From: a virus
Strand: one strand, 5' to 3'
DNA: 64,000 nucleotides
Virus record (IMG/VR): IMGVR_UViG_3300008108_000011
Coordinates: 96,001-160,000 of that record
The translations under genes and the position numbers were made by a program. A model generated the notes under the pieces. The model worked only from the letters and a program-made list of their open reading frames with translations. It had not been told where the DNA came from and ran no database searches. Of this stretch, positions 1 to 10,400 are shown piece after piece (position 1 is the first letter of the stretch; the number at the start of each line of letters is the position of its first letter).

Positions 1-36
1 GCCGCCCTGCCCCTGTTCACCCACGCCGACTGACCC

Positions 37-231
37 ATGAAAAAAATCGAGCGCGAGCGCCTGATGATCATGACCCGTGAGGGATGGGCAGAGAAGCGAC
101 GCACGGGAGGGCACATCGTATGGCAGCACCCCCGCTATGGCACAACCACCACCAGCGCCACGCCCAGCGACATTAACTCACTGCGACAGATCGAGCGCCA
201 GCTGCGACGCATCGCCGCCGCTGCTGCCTGA
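37..231 (+). CDS. HicA/YcfA-like small RNA-binding protein (putative mRNA interferase)
   Basis: 64 aa; GWAEKRRTGGHIVWQHP resembles the HicA G-x-x-x-x-x-x-G-(S/G)-H-x-x-x-x-H-P motif; followed by TTTTSATPSD and a C-terminal basic helix. Confidence 0.6.
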   Translation: MKKIERERLMIMTREGWAEKRRTGGHIVWQHPRYGTTTTSATPSDINSLRQIERQLRRIAAAAA

Positions 232-247
232 CCCGCCATCCTAGCAC

Positions 248-273
248 ACTGCCCCCTAGGGGGCAGTTATTTT
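248..273 (+). terminator. Intrinsic terminator / perfect 20-bp palindrome
   Basis: ACTGCCCCCTAGGGGGCAGT (248-267) is a perfect palindrome followed by TATTTT, 17 nt after the HicA-like stop. Confidence 0.65.
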
Positions 274-391
274 ATAACGATACCGTTATGGCGGCGCGGC
301 CGAGCGAAAAGTCATAGATACTATTAACCTACAAAACTTTGAAAACGCTCGATCGATTACACGTTCATAAAAAAAATTTTTCCCTAACAAA

Positions 392-499
392 ATGACTCAA
401 AAAACCTCAATGAGCACAAAGACCACAACAGCAGAGGAATTCGGATATATTTGGATGACTTTGAAGGAACTCGTAAGGATCTTGACAAATCGCACATAG
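392..499 (+). CDS. Small hypothetical protein (35 aa), not in ORF track
   Basis: Read by hand: MTQKTSMSTKTTTAEEFGYIWMTLKELVRILTNRT; amphipathic C-terminal helix; short, so uncertain. Confidence 0.3.
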   Translation: MTQKTSMSTKTTTAEEFGYIWMTLKELVRILTNRT

Positions 500-511
500 A
501 TACACTATAAT
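482..511 (+). promoter_or_regulatory. Sigma70-type (early) promoter
   Basis: TTGACA (482-487), 18-nt spacer, TATAAT (506-511); both hexamers perfect consensus. Confidence 0.7.
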
Positions 512-525
512 CTGTAAGACTTTTA

Positions 526-696
526 GTGTTTGAACAAATAAGTCATGTTGAAATAGATCTCAGAAATATGTGTATCTACGCCACTAGTGACCTTGGAAGA
601 CGTTTAAGAATTTCATTTTATACGATCGAACACTTTCAGTATGCCTGCCAGCGATGCCATCAATGGCTACCCACTGAAAGAATTCGTAGATTCTGA
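526..696 (+). CDS. Small hypothetical protein (56 aa, GTG start), not in ORF track
   Basis: Read by hand: (M)FEQISHVEIDLRNMCIYATSDLGRRLRISFYTIEHFQYACQRCHQWLPTERIRRF; fills the gap between the sigma70 promoter and the next gene. Confidence 0.5.
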   Translation: MFEQISHVEIDLRNMCIYATSDLGRRLRISFYTIEHFQYACQRCHQWLPTERIRRF

Positions 697-723
697 ACTA
701 TATAAAAAAGATTCCATAAAATT

Positions 724-930
724 ATGAGTAAAGTATATCAATCAACAGTAGAATACAACGAAGATTTCAACGAATACTACCTAACGATTCCCGACGAGCT
801 TTTAGATAATCTCGGATGGGAAGAAGGGGATGTATTAGAGTGGCATACAAATAAAGATGGCACTGTATTACTCGAAAGAGTAGATGAATATTTTGATGGA
901 GAGAATGAGAGTGATGACGAACAATCCTAA
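724..930 (+). CDS. AbrB/MazE/SpoVT-like swapped-hairpin DNA-binding protein
   Basis: YYLTIPDELLDNLGWEEGDVLEW matches the AbrB-family xxIPxxxxxxLGxxxGDxL pattern; acidic tail. Confidence 0.7.
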   Translation: MSKVYQSTVEYNEDFNEYYLTIPDELLDNLGWEEGDVLEWHTNKDGTVLLERVDEYFDGENESDDEQS

Positions 931-1219
931 GAAAATACAATACAAGGTAGTTGATAAAAGCGGAAACGTTGTAAGTGACGAAACGTTTGAAGATTACGAA
1001 AAACTAGCAGATCATATGCTAGACATAGCAGACAAATATTATCAAGGTCTTTACACCGTAGATGATAGCGTTAATATTTCAACGTTTGATGAGTCTGGAG
1101 AATTAATTTATGAAGACACTGCAAGCTTTGGAAGCAATGTAGTAACAAACGAAGAGATGGAAGATGAATTCAGAACAGAATCAAAGCGAAGAAATTCAGG
1201 TCAAGGATTTGGCAGTTAA
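914..1219 (+). CDS. Hypothetical acidic protein
   Basis: ORF track 884..1219; ATG at 914 (MTNNPKKIQ) gives a shorter overlap with the upstream gene. Confidence 0.6.
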   Translation: MTNNPKKIQYKVVDKSGNVVSDETFEDYEKLADHMLDIADKYYQGLYTVDDSVNISTFDESGELIYEDTASFGSNVVTNEEMEDEFRTESKRRNSGQGFGS

Positions 1220-1403
1220 ACTACTTGGTCTGATTGATGCATTAAGTGCAAGAATCAGCAAGTTAGAAGAAAAAATGCCAGAAACTTTTGATATTTTTTA
1301 TCGCCCACCTGGCGCTGAGAGTCATCAAAAGTTACACTTGTCATTAGACGAGTTATATGGTAAAATAAATAGTATTGAGACGCGACTTAACGATGCCAGG
1401 TAG
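1164..1403 (+). CDS. Hypothetical protein with coiled-coil segments
   Basis: 79 aa ORF in the gene run; heptad-like LLGLIDALSARISKLEEK and LDELYGKINSIETRL. Confidence 0.6.
   Translation: MNSEQNQSEEIQVKDLAVKLLGLIDALSARISKLEEKMPETFDIFYRPPGAESHQKLHLSLDELYGKINSIETRLNDAR
1364..1371 (+). promoter_or_regulatory. T4-type late promoter variant (AATAAATA)
   Basis: NATAAATA 22 nt upstream of the PAAR start. Confidence 0.5.
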
Positions 1404-1728
1404 AGTTGTTGCAACTTTCACAGGTTCTGACAGTGGTGGTATTTGCCCATGTGTAACACCACCACAGACACTCTCACCACCTGCGCCAGATAGGAGAGTC
1501 TTTGTGAATAAGATTCCTGTTATGGCGGCTGGTGATGTTCTGTCACCTTCCCCTGGGCAAGACTGCAGTAGTGAACCATCACCATGCACCTCACCAAGAA
1601 CCGTAGTGTCAGCTGGCAGAGTTTTCGTGAATAAGAAGCCAATTGCTCACATTGGAGACATTCTCAATCAATCAACGAACATAAAGATCGTTGGAGTTCC
1701 ATCACAAGTATTTGCAGGAGAATCATAG
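1393..1728 (+). CDS. gp5.4: PAAR spike-tip protein (T4 gp5.4-like)
   Basis: Repeated VFVNKIPVMAAGD / VFVNKKPIAHIGD PAAR-type units with Cys residues; probable start ATG 1393 (MPGRVVA). Confidence 0.85.
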   Translation: MPGRVVATFTGSDSGGICPCVTPPQTLSPPAPDRRVFVNKIPVMAAGDVLSPSPGQDCSSEPSPCTSPRTVVSAGRVFVNKKPIAHIGDILNQSTNIKIVGVPSQVFAGES

Positions 1729-1730
1729 TT

Positions 1731-1877
1731 ATGGCAAAAGCAAAAATCGGTCTGGTCAAAACGAATTACGTGCCAGGCAAACCTAAAATGACCAGTCAAG
1801 GTCGTTCGAAGAACACAAATCTTGCTGCGACTAGTCGAAATGGTCGCAAAAAGCGTTATCGCGGGCAAGGAAACTGA
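1731..1877 (+). CDS. Small very basic protein (48 aa), not in ORF track
   Basis: Read by hand: MAKAKIGLVKTNYVPGKPKMTSQGRSKNTNLAATSRNGRKKRYRGQGN; starts 2 nt after the PAAR stop and ends just before a terminator. Confidence 0.7.
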   Translation: MAKAKIGLVKTNYVPGKPKMTSQGRSKNTNLAATSRNGRKKRYRGQGN

Positions 1878-1881
1878 GATC

Positions 1882-1905
1882 AAGCGCCTTTTTGGCGCTT
1901 TTTTT
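1882..1905 (+). terminator. Intrinsic terminator
   Basis: AAGCGCC-TTTTT-GGCGCTT stem-loop followed by a T run. Confidence 0.8.
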
Positions 1906-1999
1906 GTGAAAAAAATCAAAAATTTGCGATAATTCTCGGTAATTTCGGGATAGCAACCCCGTAAAAAGTTCTGTTTTAATCAATTTTGAGGAAAAACAG

Positions 2000-2191
2000 A
2001 TGGCAAAATACCAAGTAGACAGAGATATCTCGTATATGAGAGAACATTGGGGCACTACGAAGCTCATTACAGACTATGGGGCGCTGACTCCGACAGATAC
2101 TAAGAAGAAAAACGACCCACCTACAGATAGAATGTCTAGACCTTGTGGCGGCAAGGGAGGATTTGATGATTATGTAGAGAGATGGCACTGA
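2000..2191 (+). CDS. Conserved-looking cyanophage hypothetical protein
   Basis: 63 aa; SD GAGGA at 1988-1992; position immediately upstream of gp25. Confidence 0.7.
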   Translation: MAKYQVDRDISYMREHWGTTKLITDYGALTPTDTKKKNDPPTDRMSRPCGGKGGFDDYVERWH

Positions 2192-2208
2192 AGCTCCGTC
2201 AATCTGGG

Positions 2209-2228
2209 TATAAATAATGGTATAAATA
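2209..2228 (+). promoter_or_regulatory. Tandem T4-type late promoters
   Basis: TATAAATA at 2209-2216 and 2221-2228 upstream of gp25. Confidence 0.8.
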
Positions 2229-2238
2229 TGGTATTTTT

Positions 2239-2634
2239 ATGCCGATCAGCAGGTCTTTTAAAGATATTAGTATAACGTTTGACAAGAATTTCGTGACCGA
2301 TGATCTTGCGGTCACGAAAGATTTTAATGCTATCAAACAATCGGTTAAAAATTTGGTTACTACTGTTCCTGGAGAGCGATTTTTTAACCCAAATATCGGA
2401 AGCAGAATCACAGATCTGTTATTTGAACCATTAGATTTTATTAATGCAAATTTAGTTAAGTCTGAAATTACTTATACCATCAATGCATTTGAACCAAGAG
2501 TAAAATTAATTGATGTAACCGTTGATCAAAACATGGATGATAATGGTTATGATGTTCAAGTAGAATTTGAGGTTATTGGTTTACCAGAAAAAACTCAAGA
2601 ATTAACATTTTTTCTAGAAAGAACTAGAGCATAG
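2239..2634 (+). CDS. gp25: Baseplate wedge protein gp25
   Basis: AIKQSVKNL...PGERFFNPNIGS...LLFEP...INAFEPRV gp25/GPW motif; upstream of gp6. Confidence 0.93.
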   Translation: MPISRSFKDISITFDKNFVTDDLAVTKDFNAIKQSVKNLVTTVPGERFFNPNIGSRITDLLFEPLDFINANLVKSEITYTINAFEPRVKLIDVTVDQNMDDNGYDVQVEFEVIGLPEKTQELTFFLERTRA

Positions 2635-2639
2635 AATCA

Positions 2640-4445
2640 ATGGCATACAATCAACTAACAAACTTAGATTATTTTGATATAAAAAATGCTCTTAGAGACT
2701 ATCTAAAAGCGAACTCTGACTTTAGTGATTATGATTTTGAGGGTTCTACTCTCGGTATGCTATTGGATGTTCTGGCATACAACACGTATTACACGGCATT
2801 TAATGCCAATATGGTTGTCAATGAAGCATTTTTAGATTCTGCAACTGTAAGAGATAATGTAGTATCGTTAGCTAAGCAATTAGGATACACTCCTCGCTCA
2901 GCGGTTGCAGCACAAGCTGCTGTTGATTTACGTTTATCATTGACTTCTAGCACTACATTACCAGAAACAGTATTTTTAAAGAGAGGTAATGCCTTTGTTT
3001 CTAATGTAAATGATTCATTGTATCAGTTTGTTATTGTTGATGATGTTCAAGCACAGGTTTTACCTAGCAACGAAGTCTATTTTCCTGGATTGAAAATTTA
3101 CCAGGGATCTTTTGTTAGTAACAAATATACAGTATCGTCAACTGATCAGTTTACCGTAATACTACAAAACGCTGGAATAGACATTACCAGTATTAGAGTT
3201 AATGTATATCAATCATCAACATCTTCTACTTTCGAAAAATTCTATCAGTCTGATAATATTTTAAATGTAAATCCAGATTCTGCTTCATATTTTGTCAATG
3301 AAGTAGAAGATGAGAATTACAAACTTAGCTTTGGTGATGGAGTTTTTGGTAAGAAACTCACTCCAGGGCAAGTTGTTGAAGTTAGTTATATTGTTACTAG
3401 TGGAGCAGAAACAAATGGAACTAGTAATTTTACATTTAATGGTATAGTAACGGATGTTTCTGGCAATACTACATTTTTATATAATGTAAGTAATTTTACA
3501 TTATTAACAAGAGCATTTGGTGGTGCTGCTATTGAAAGCATTGACAGTATTAAGAGAAATGCTCCTGCAATGTATGGAACACAAAATCGCGCAGTAACTG
3601 CTACTGATTATACTGCTATCATTCGTAGGGCATATCCAGCAGCTGCAGATGTTATTACATATGGTGGAGAAGAAGCAGATCCTCCAGAATATGGCAAAGT
3701 TAAAATTTCTGTCAAACCTAGAAATTTAACATATCTTTCATCATACACAAAAAATTTAATTCTCACTGAGATTAAGAAGTTTTCCGTTGCATCAGTTGTT
3801 CCTGAGTTAGTTGATGCCTCTGTTATTTTTGTTGAACTCTATAGCAGAATATTTTATGATCAAACTATCACAAATCAAACATCAGATGCGATCAAAGGAA
3901 AAGTAATTGAAAATTTATCAAAATATATTGAAAGTAGTGACACGGAAAAGTTTGGTGGTAAGTTTAGATACAGTAAATTCATTAGCACCATTGATAGTTC
4001 AGATCGCTCTATTAGATCTAATCTCACTGATATTGTAATGAGAAAGGATTTTTATCCTTCATTAAATAATAATGCATACTATGAACTTTGTTTTAGTAAT
4101 CCATTTGATGACGATATTGATACCCAGACTTTGACTTCTACTGGATTTGTTGTTCAGCAATATCCAAATTATGTTGTATACCTTGAAGATCGTGGCGAGA
4201 AAATAGTTCTCTATCGATTAGATTCTCAAACTGGAGATAAAATTGTATTGAATGAGAGTCAAGGATTGATTAATTATGCTAAAGGTGAATTAAGAATTTA
4301 TAATTTAAATATTATTAAAGGAACTTTCTCCGATAATAAAATTGAAGTAAGACTAAAACCACAATATAATGACATCATCGCAAAAAGAGAAATATTTTTG
4401 GATGTTGACATCGATAAAAGTTCATTCACCCTTATTCAAGAGTAG
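2640..4445 (+). CDS. gp6: Baseplate wedge protein gp6
   Basis: FSDYDFEGSTL...LLDVLAYNTYY...NEAFLDSA...LAKQLGYTPRS; FGDGVFGK; QNRAVTATDY. Confidence 0.95.
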   Translation: MAYNQLTNLDYFDIKNALRDYLKANSDFSDYDFEGSTLGMLLDVLAYNTYYTAFNANMVVNEAFLDSATVRDNVVSLAKQLGYTPRSAVAAQAAVDLRLSLTSSTTLPETVFLKRGNAFVSNVNDSLYQFVIVDDVQAQVLPSNEVYFPGLKIYQGSFVSNKYTVSSTDQFTVILQNAGIDITSIRVNVYQSSTSSTFEKFYQSDNILNVNPDSASYFVNEVEDENYKLSFGDGVFGKKLTPGQVVEVSYIVTSGAETNGTSNFTFNGIVTDVSGNTTFLYNVSNFTLLTRAFGGAAIESIDSIKRNAPAMYGTQNRAVTATDYTAIIRRAYPAAADVITYGGEEADPPEYGKVKISVKPRNLTYLSSYTKNLILTEIKKFSVASVVPELVDASVIFVELYSRIFYDQTITNQTSDAIKGKVIENLSKYIESSDTEKFGGKFRYSKFISTIDSSDRSIRSNLTDIVMRKDFYPSLNNNAYYELCFSNPFDDDIDTQTLTSTGFVVQQYPNYVVYLEDRGEKIVLYRLDSQTGDKIVLNESQGLINYAKGELRIYNLNIIKGTFSDNKIEVRLKPQYNDIIAKREIFLDVDIDKSSFTLIQE

Positions 4446-4450
4446 GATAA

Positions 4451-7400
4451 ATGGCATCTAAGGTAAGAAATCTATCATCCCTGGTAGACAAGCAACTACC
4501 AGAATTTATTTCGTCAGAATATCCTAAATTTTCTGCGTTTTTGCAAAAATATTATGAGCACCTTGAATTAACGGGTGAGCCGATAGATTTAATCTCAAAT
4601 CTATCGAAGTATCGTGATATCGATACTTATGAGAAAAATTTACTGAAAGAAAATACATCACTTACTCAAAATCTAAGTGATTCTGCTACTACGATCAACG
4701 TAGAAAGCACTGTCGGATTTCCATCCGAAAATGGATATGTATTAATTGGTGATGAAGCTATATTTTACAAGTCAAAAACCAATACTTCATTTCTAAATTG
4801 CTATAGAAATGTAACTCATACAACTAAACTAGGTGATTTATATACAAAATCTGATATTACTACAGTTGATTACTCTGATATTGGATCAGGTAAGCAACAT
4901 CTTACTGGAGATCTAGTCTTAAATATCAGTAATCTGGTATTATATGCTTTAGTTAGAAATTTTGAGCAAGAGTATCTTGGAGCATTTCCAGAAAAATCTT
5001 TAAAGAATGCCGTTGATAAGTCAGTTTTAATTAAGAACATTAAAAAGTTCTATGCAGCAAAAGGAACTGATCAATCTATTCGTTTTATATTTAACTCGAT
5101 TGTTGCAAAAGAACCTAACGATATTCCAACAGTATACTACCCAAAAGATAGCACATACAAGTCGTCTAATGGTCAATGGATTGATAAGTTTGCGTTAAAG
5201 GTAAGAGTAATCTCTGGTGATATCAGTAAAATTATTGGCGAAAAAATTATTCAAGAAGAAAACCCATTTGACTTGAATGTAAGATCTGCTTTTTCATATG
5301 TAGACAATATTATTGATATTGGTGATAATTTTCATGAAGTAATTTTGTCTAGAAATGATATTGTTGGAGAATTTGCTGTTTCCACAGAAACATACCTCAC
5401 AAAAAACTTATTATCAACGGATTCGACCAACAAGAGAATTAATGTTTATTCTACTTTAGGATGGAAACAGCAGTCTGGTCAACTTATAATTGGAAATGAA
5501 TTAATTACATACAAGCAAAAAAATGTTTCTCAATTTGTTATTGACTCTAGAGGTGTATTACCATCAACTTACACAGTAAATGAACCTGTATATAATTATT
5601 CTAATGTTTACTGTGATTATATTGACGGTTCTGGCACAAAACAAAGAGTTAAGCTATTAGTATTAGGAATATTATATTCATTAACTCCATCAGAGTCTTT
5701 ACCTTATTCCAAAGAAGATGATATTGTTCAAATATCAGATTCTGGGTTTGAAACTAGAGACACTATTATTTTTGATAAATTTTCAAATGATACAAGATGG
5801 ATTATCAATGAAACTAACACTATTCCATCATCAGATCATGCAAATATTTCTTCTCAATTATCTGAGATTATTTCTGATGTAACTGCAGTATATGAAGATA
5901 ATCAATATTATTATATTGCTACATCTGGATATCCTTCTCACAAAATTGGAAAGGCAAATTGGGGTGTTACATTTTTAGATCAGAAAAAATTAAAACTAAT
6001 CAAGAAAGTTCCATCGGCAACCACAGAAATTTATCCAACACCTTCTAATGAAGTTGGAATTTTTGTCAATGGAACAACTGCTAGATCTTTCAAAGACACT
6101 GATGAAAATTTGATTGTTTTTGGAGAAATTCAAAAAATAAATTTAACTAATCCAGGAAGCGGATATAAAAAACCTCCATACGTTTTGGTTCAAGATGGAG
6201 CAGGATCTTTAGTAGCATCTGCAGAAGCAATATTAAATGGGGAAGTTATCGATCGCATTGAAGTCGTAGAATCTGGTAGTGGATTTTTCCCACCAGTTCC
6301 AGTAATTACAATTACTTCTGGAAGAGGAGCTGTAATTACACCTGTTGTTACTGGCGATAAAATAACTAGTTTGAAAATTATTAATCCAGGTGAATATTAC
6401 TCTTCTCCACCTCAAGTGGTTATTAAAGATTCTACTGGAAAAGGTAGATTTGCTAGATTTGAAGCTGTTGTTAGTGATGATGGGCAAATAATAGATTTCA
6501 AAAAATTAGACGAAGGAAAATTCTACACTCAGAGCACTACGACAGTAGAAATAATTCCATCTGGGAGTGGTGCCACTGCAATATCCAGTGTTAGATCTTG
6601 GAGAAGAAATTTATACAACAAACATTTCAATAATTTAGATAATGATAACGGATTTTACTTTTTAAATAATGATATATCTTTAGAGTATGGTTATAGCTAC
6701 TTAGCAAATCCGAAATCATTAAGAATTGCTTTATCTGATAATTTAGATCAATCTGGTAATATAACAAACACATTATCACATTCTCCTATTTTAGGATATG
6801 CATTTGATGGCAATCCAATATATGGTCCATATGCATATTCTGATCCATCTGATCCTACAACATCTATAACTAGGATGACTTCTAGTTATTCTTTAAATAA
6901 TAGAAGACCCAGCGGACCATCAATAGTAACATATCCTTTAGGTTCTTTTGTTGAGGATTATCAATATAATCACAGATCTGGTTCTCTAGATGAAAATAAT
7001 GGAAGATTTTGCGTCACCCCTGATTACCCAGAAGGAACATACGCTTATTTCTTGACAGTAGACTCAACAGGGCAACCAGCTTTCCCATATATTTTGGGAA
7101 ATAATTTTTATTCTCTTCCAGTAGATTCAAATTATTCCAAAAAAATATCACAAGATGATATTCCTACTAATATTATAAGATTAAAAACTCAAAAAACTCC
7201 TAATGATGGAAAAGGAGCACAATCTTATATTAATACAATTTCTAGTGGTTCGATTTCTTCTGCTTTAATAGAATATTCTCCCTCCACATTTTCAACAGGT
7301 AGTTTAATTGAAGTTAATTCATCTGGAACTGATGGTAAAGATTTATTAGCACAAGTTAGTTCTGTAAACGGAAAAAATGTAACTTCTATCCAATCACAGC

Positions 7401-10400
7401 AAACAAAAGCAATAAAATTTACTACAGAAAATCCCGCATATTTTTTTGCAGATAGTATTATTACACAAAGAAATACTAATGCAACTGGAAGATGTTTGGG
7501 GAATGTATTTGATGGCAAAACTATAGTATTATATAATGTAAATGGATCATTCAATGATGTTGATGATTTATATTCTTCAACTGTAGTCTATAATTTGTTA
7601 TTAGACAAAGAATCTGATTATACAAGAGGAGAAACTTTAAGTTTAACTAATGGCAAGCAATCTATAATTATCCGAACAGAGAATTCTTCATTTGTCGTAG
7701 CACAAAATTTATTTGAAGACGGGGAACCTATTATATTCACAAATAGTTTTTCTGGAATAATTGCAAATCAAATATACTACATTACACAATCAACCGCAAC
7801 CACATTTAAAGTATCAACTAGTATTGGTGGAACTGCTGTTGTAGTCACAAGTAATAATTCTCCTGGAGCAGTTGCTATTAGCAGAAAGGCAACAGGATTA
7901 ATTTTAGAAACAACAACTAATAGAAATTTAGTTAAAGTGCAATTATTGCAGGGAAATTTTGCAATTGATTCTGAGTATTTCTTAAGAAGCACTTCATTAA
8001 ATGATACTATTGGTAGTAAAATATCACAAAGATTTATATTAAGTGACGAAATTATTCCATTATCTTTAAATGATAAAGTTGCTATTGTATCCACTTCACA
8101 AAATCATGGTGTTGGAATAGGTGACAGAGTTAATGTGTCAGTGGATCCCAATGACAATACTACTGAGACTACATTATACACCAGAGCAAGAATTTATCAA
8201 AAAGTAAAACTGAATACCATTAAGTTTACAAAATATATCAATGATACTGGTATTGGAAAGTTATTTACTTTAAATAACGGAAGTTATAAAAATAATAATG
8301 GAAATATAGTTGGCGATTACTCTAGTGGAGGAAATGCTACTTTTACACAAGTAGAGTTAATTTTTGCAGATATTACAAAATGTAGAGATTCCGAAGGAAG
8401 AATTGTAGGTGATTCTAATTTAGCTGTTATAGGAAGACCAGGAAATCCAAACAATGCAAGAGCAACGATAAGCGTAACCAATGGAGTAGTTACTAATGTA
8501 GTAATTACTTCTAAAGGTATCGGATACAAACGAGGTGATTTTTTAACGGTTTCTCCATCATCTTTGAATAGAAGTCAATCTTCAACTTCAACTAGATTTT
8601 ATTTTGCAGAAGTTCAACATGTAGGTTTTGCTCAGCAAGAAACTAGGTTATTTTTGAATGATGTAACTTCTATTTCACAAAATGATTATTTACAAATAAC
8701 TGATGAAATTGTAAAGGTAACAAATATTAATACAGCAAATTCTTATGTAGATGTTCAAAGATCTCAATTAAACACTGTTGCTGTAGATCATTACAATACT
8801 CAACCTGTATCTAGCTATAGGGAGAGATATAATTTACCTGTAAATTACCATATTGGCAATACAAATTCTGATGCGTATGTATTAAATTACGATGACGAAA
8901 ATCAAGAATTAACTTTAGTTTATGAAATTTCAAATACTCTTGTTAGTATAAATCCATTAGTTTCTGGATCTTCATTTTTTGACAACAGTTCTCCCAAAAA
9001 GTTAATTGTAGTTGAAGAAAATATCCAAAATCCAGAATACAAATTCGAATTTTCTTATGATAATACTACATGGTTGACCAATCCAAAATTAAAATTACAA
9101 GAATATTACAAATATAAATTCGATACTTCTCATTACACATTACGTGGTAGTTTCTTGGAATTTTCTCCTAGTAAAAACTACAATATAATAACTACAGAAT
9201 CTAAGAGAAATGATATCTTACCTGGCAATGCGGGGTCATTTATTACACTAAAAATTGGGTATGGATCAGATATAGAAAGCAATAATTATTCTACCAGAGT
9301 TCCTATAAATTATAGTTTGTATTTTTATTTTGATAAGAATTCAAGAATATCTTCGGATGATTCATTTTTGAGAATTATTCCAGATCCACTACAAGGAAGT
9401 AAAACAATTTCATATGTAACAAATACTAGTTTTGTGTATGAGATGGATTCATATCCTCAATATGATGGTTCTGGGATTATGAAATATACTACTTCAGCTG
9501 GTCTAGCAGTTGGTAGTATTGCAACCGTTGGTATTATCAACCAAGGATTGAATTACAAAGAATTACCTACAGTTACTGGTGTTAGACCATCAGTAGAAAA
9601 TGAATGCATAGCAGAAGTTGTTTGGAATTCTACCGCTAAAAACATCACATCTGTAATAATTTCTAATCCAGGAATAAATTATGTAAAACCAAAAGCAGTA
9701 TTGATTTCATCTACTGGAGAAAACGCAGAATTTAATATTATTAAAAATCCTGATGGATCTATAAGAGGAATTACAGTAACAAATCGAGGAAATGGATATC
9801 TTTCAAAACCAGAAATTAAGATAGTAGAATCAAATGTAAAAATTTATTTTGAATCATCCAATATTGGAGTTCCGAATAGTATAAGGATTTTATATAACGG
9901 AAAAAATTATGGTAATGATAGAAGTATTCGTAAAAAATATTCATCTCCTCTTATTCTAAAACTCAAGCAAATTAGTGCTGGATCTTTTGCTGATGGAGAA
10001 AGAATTGAGCAGTATGATGGCAATACTTTAGTTGCTAGTGGTTATGTTGCTTCCAAAGGATATAAAAATAACACAAACATTTTAAGATTAGAAAGAGTCT
10101 CTGGGCAGTTTAAAAATAATTTGCAAATTACTGGAAAAAATAATTATGCAACTGCAGTTGTTTCTAGTTCTTTTGCTTCATTATTTGATTCTGATATAAA
10201 ATCATATTATGATAATTTGGGATATTATGCATCTGATCAAGGGCAATTGAGTTCGAATAATCAAAAGATAACAGATTCCTATTTTTATCAAGATTATTCT
10301 TATGTAATTAAATCAAAAACTCCAATAGATGTTTGGAGAAATTTAATTAAACAAACTGTTCATCCAGCTGGATTTCAGTTATTTGGAGAAGTTTCTGTTG

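Noticed and set aside
37-930. HicA-like and AbrB-like ORFs as a cognate toxin-antitoxin operon
   Set aside because: Separated by about 490 nt, a terminator, a GC step and a separate promoter; the families are not usual partners
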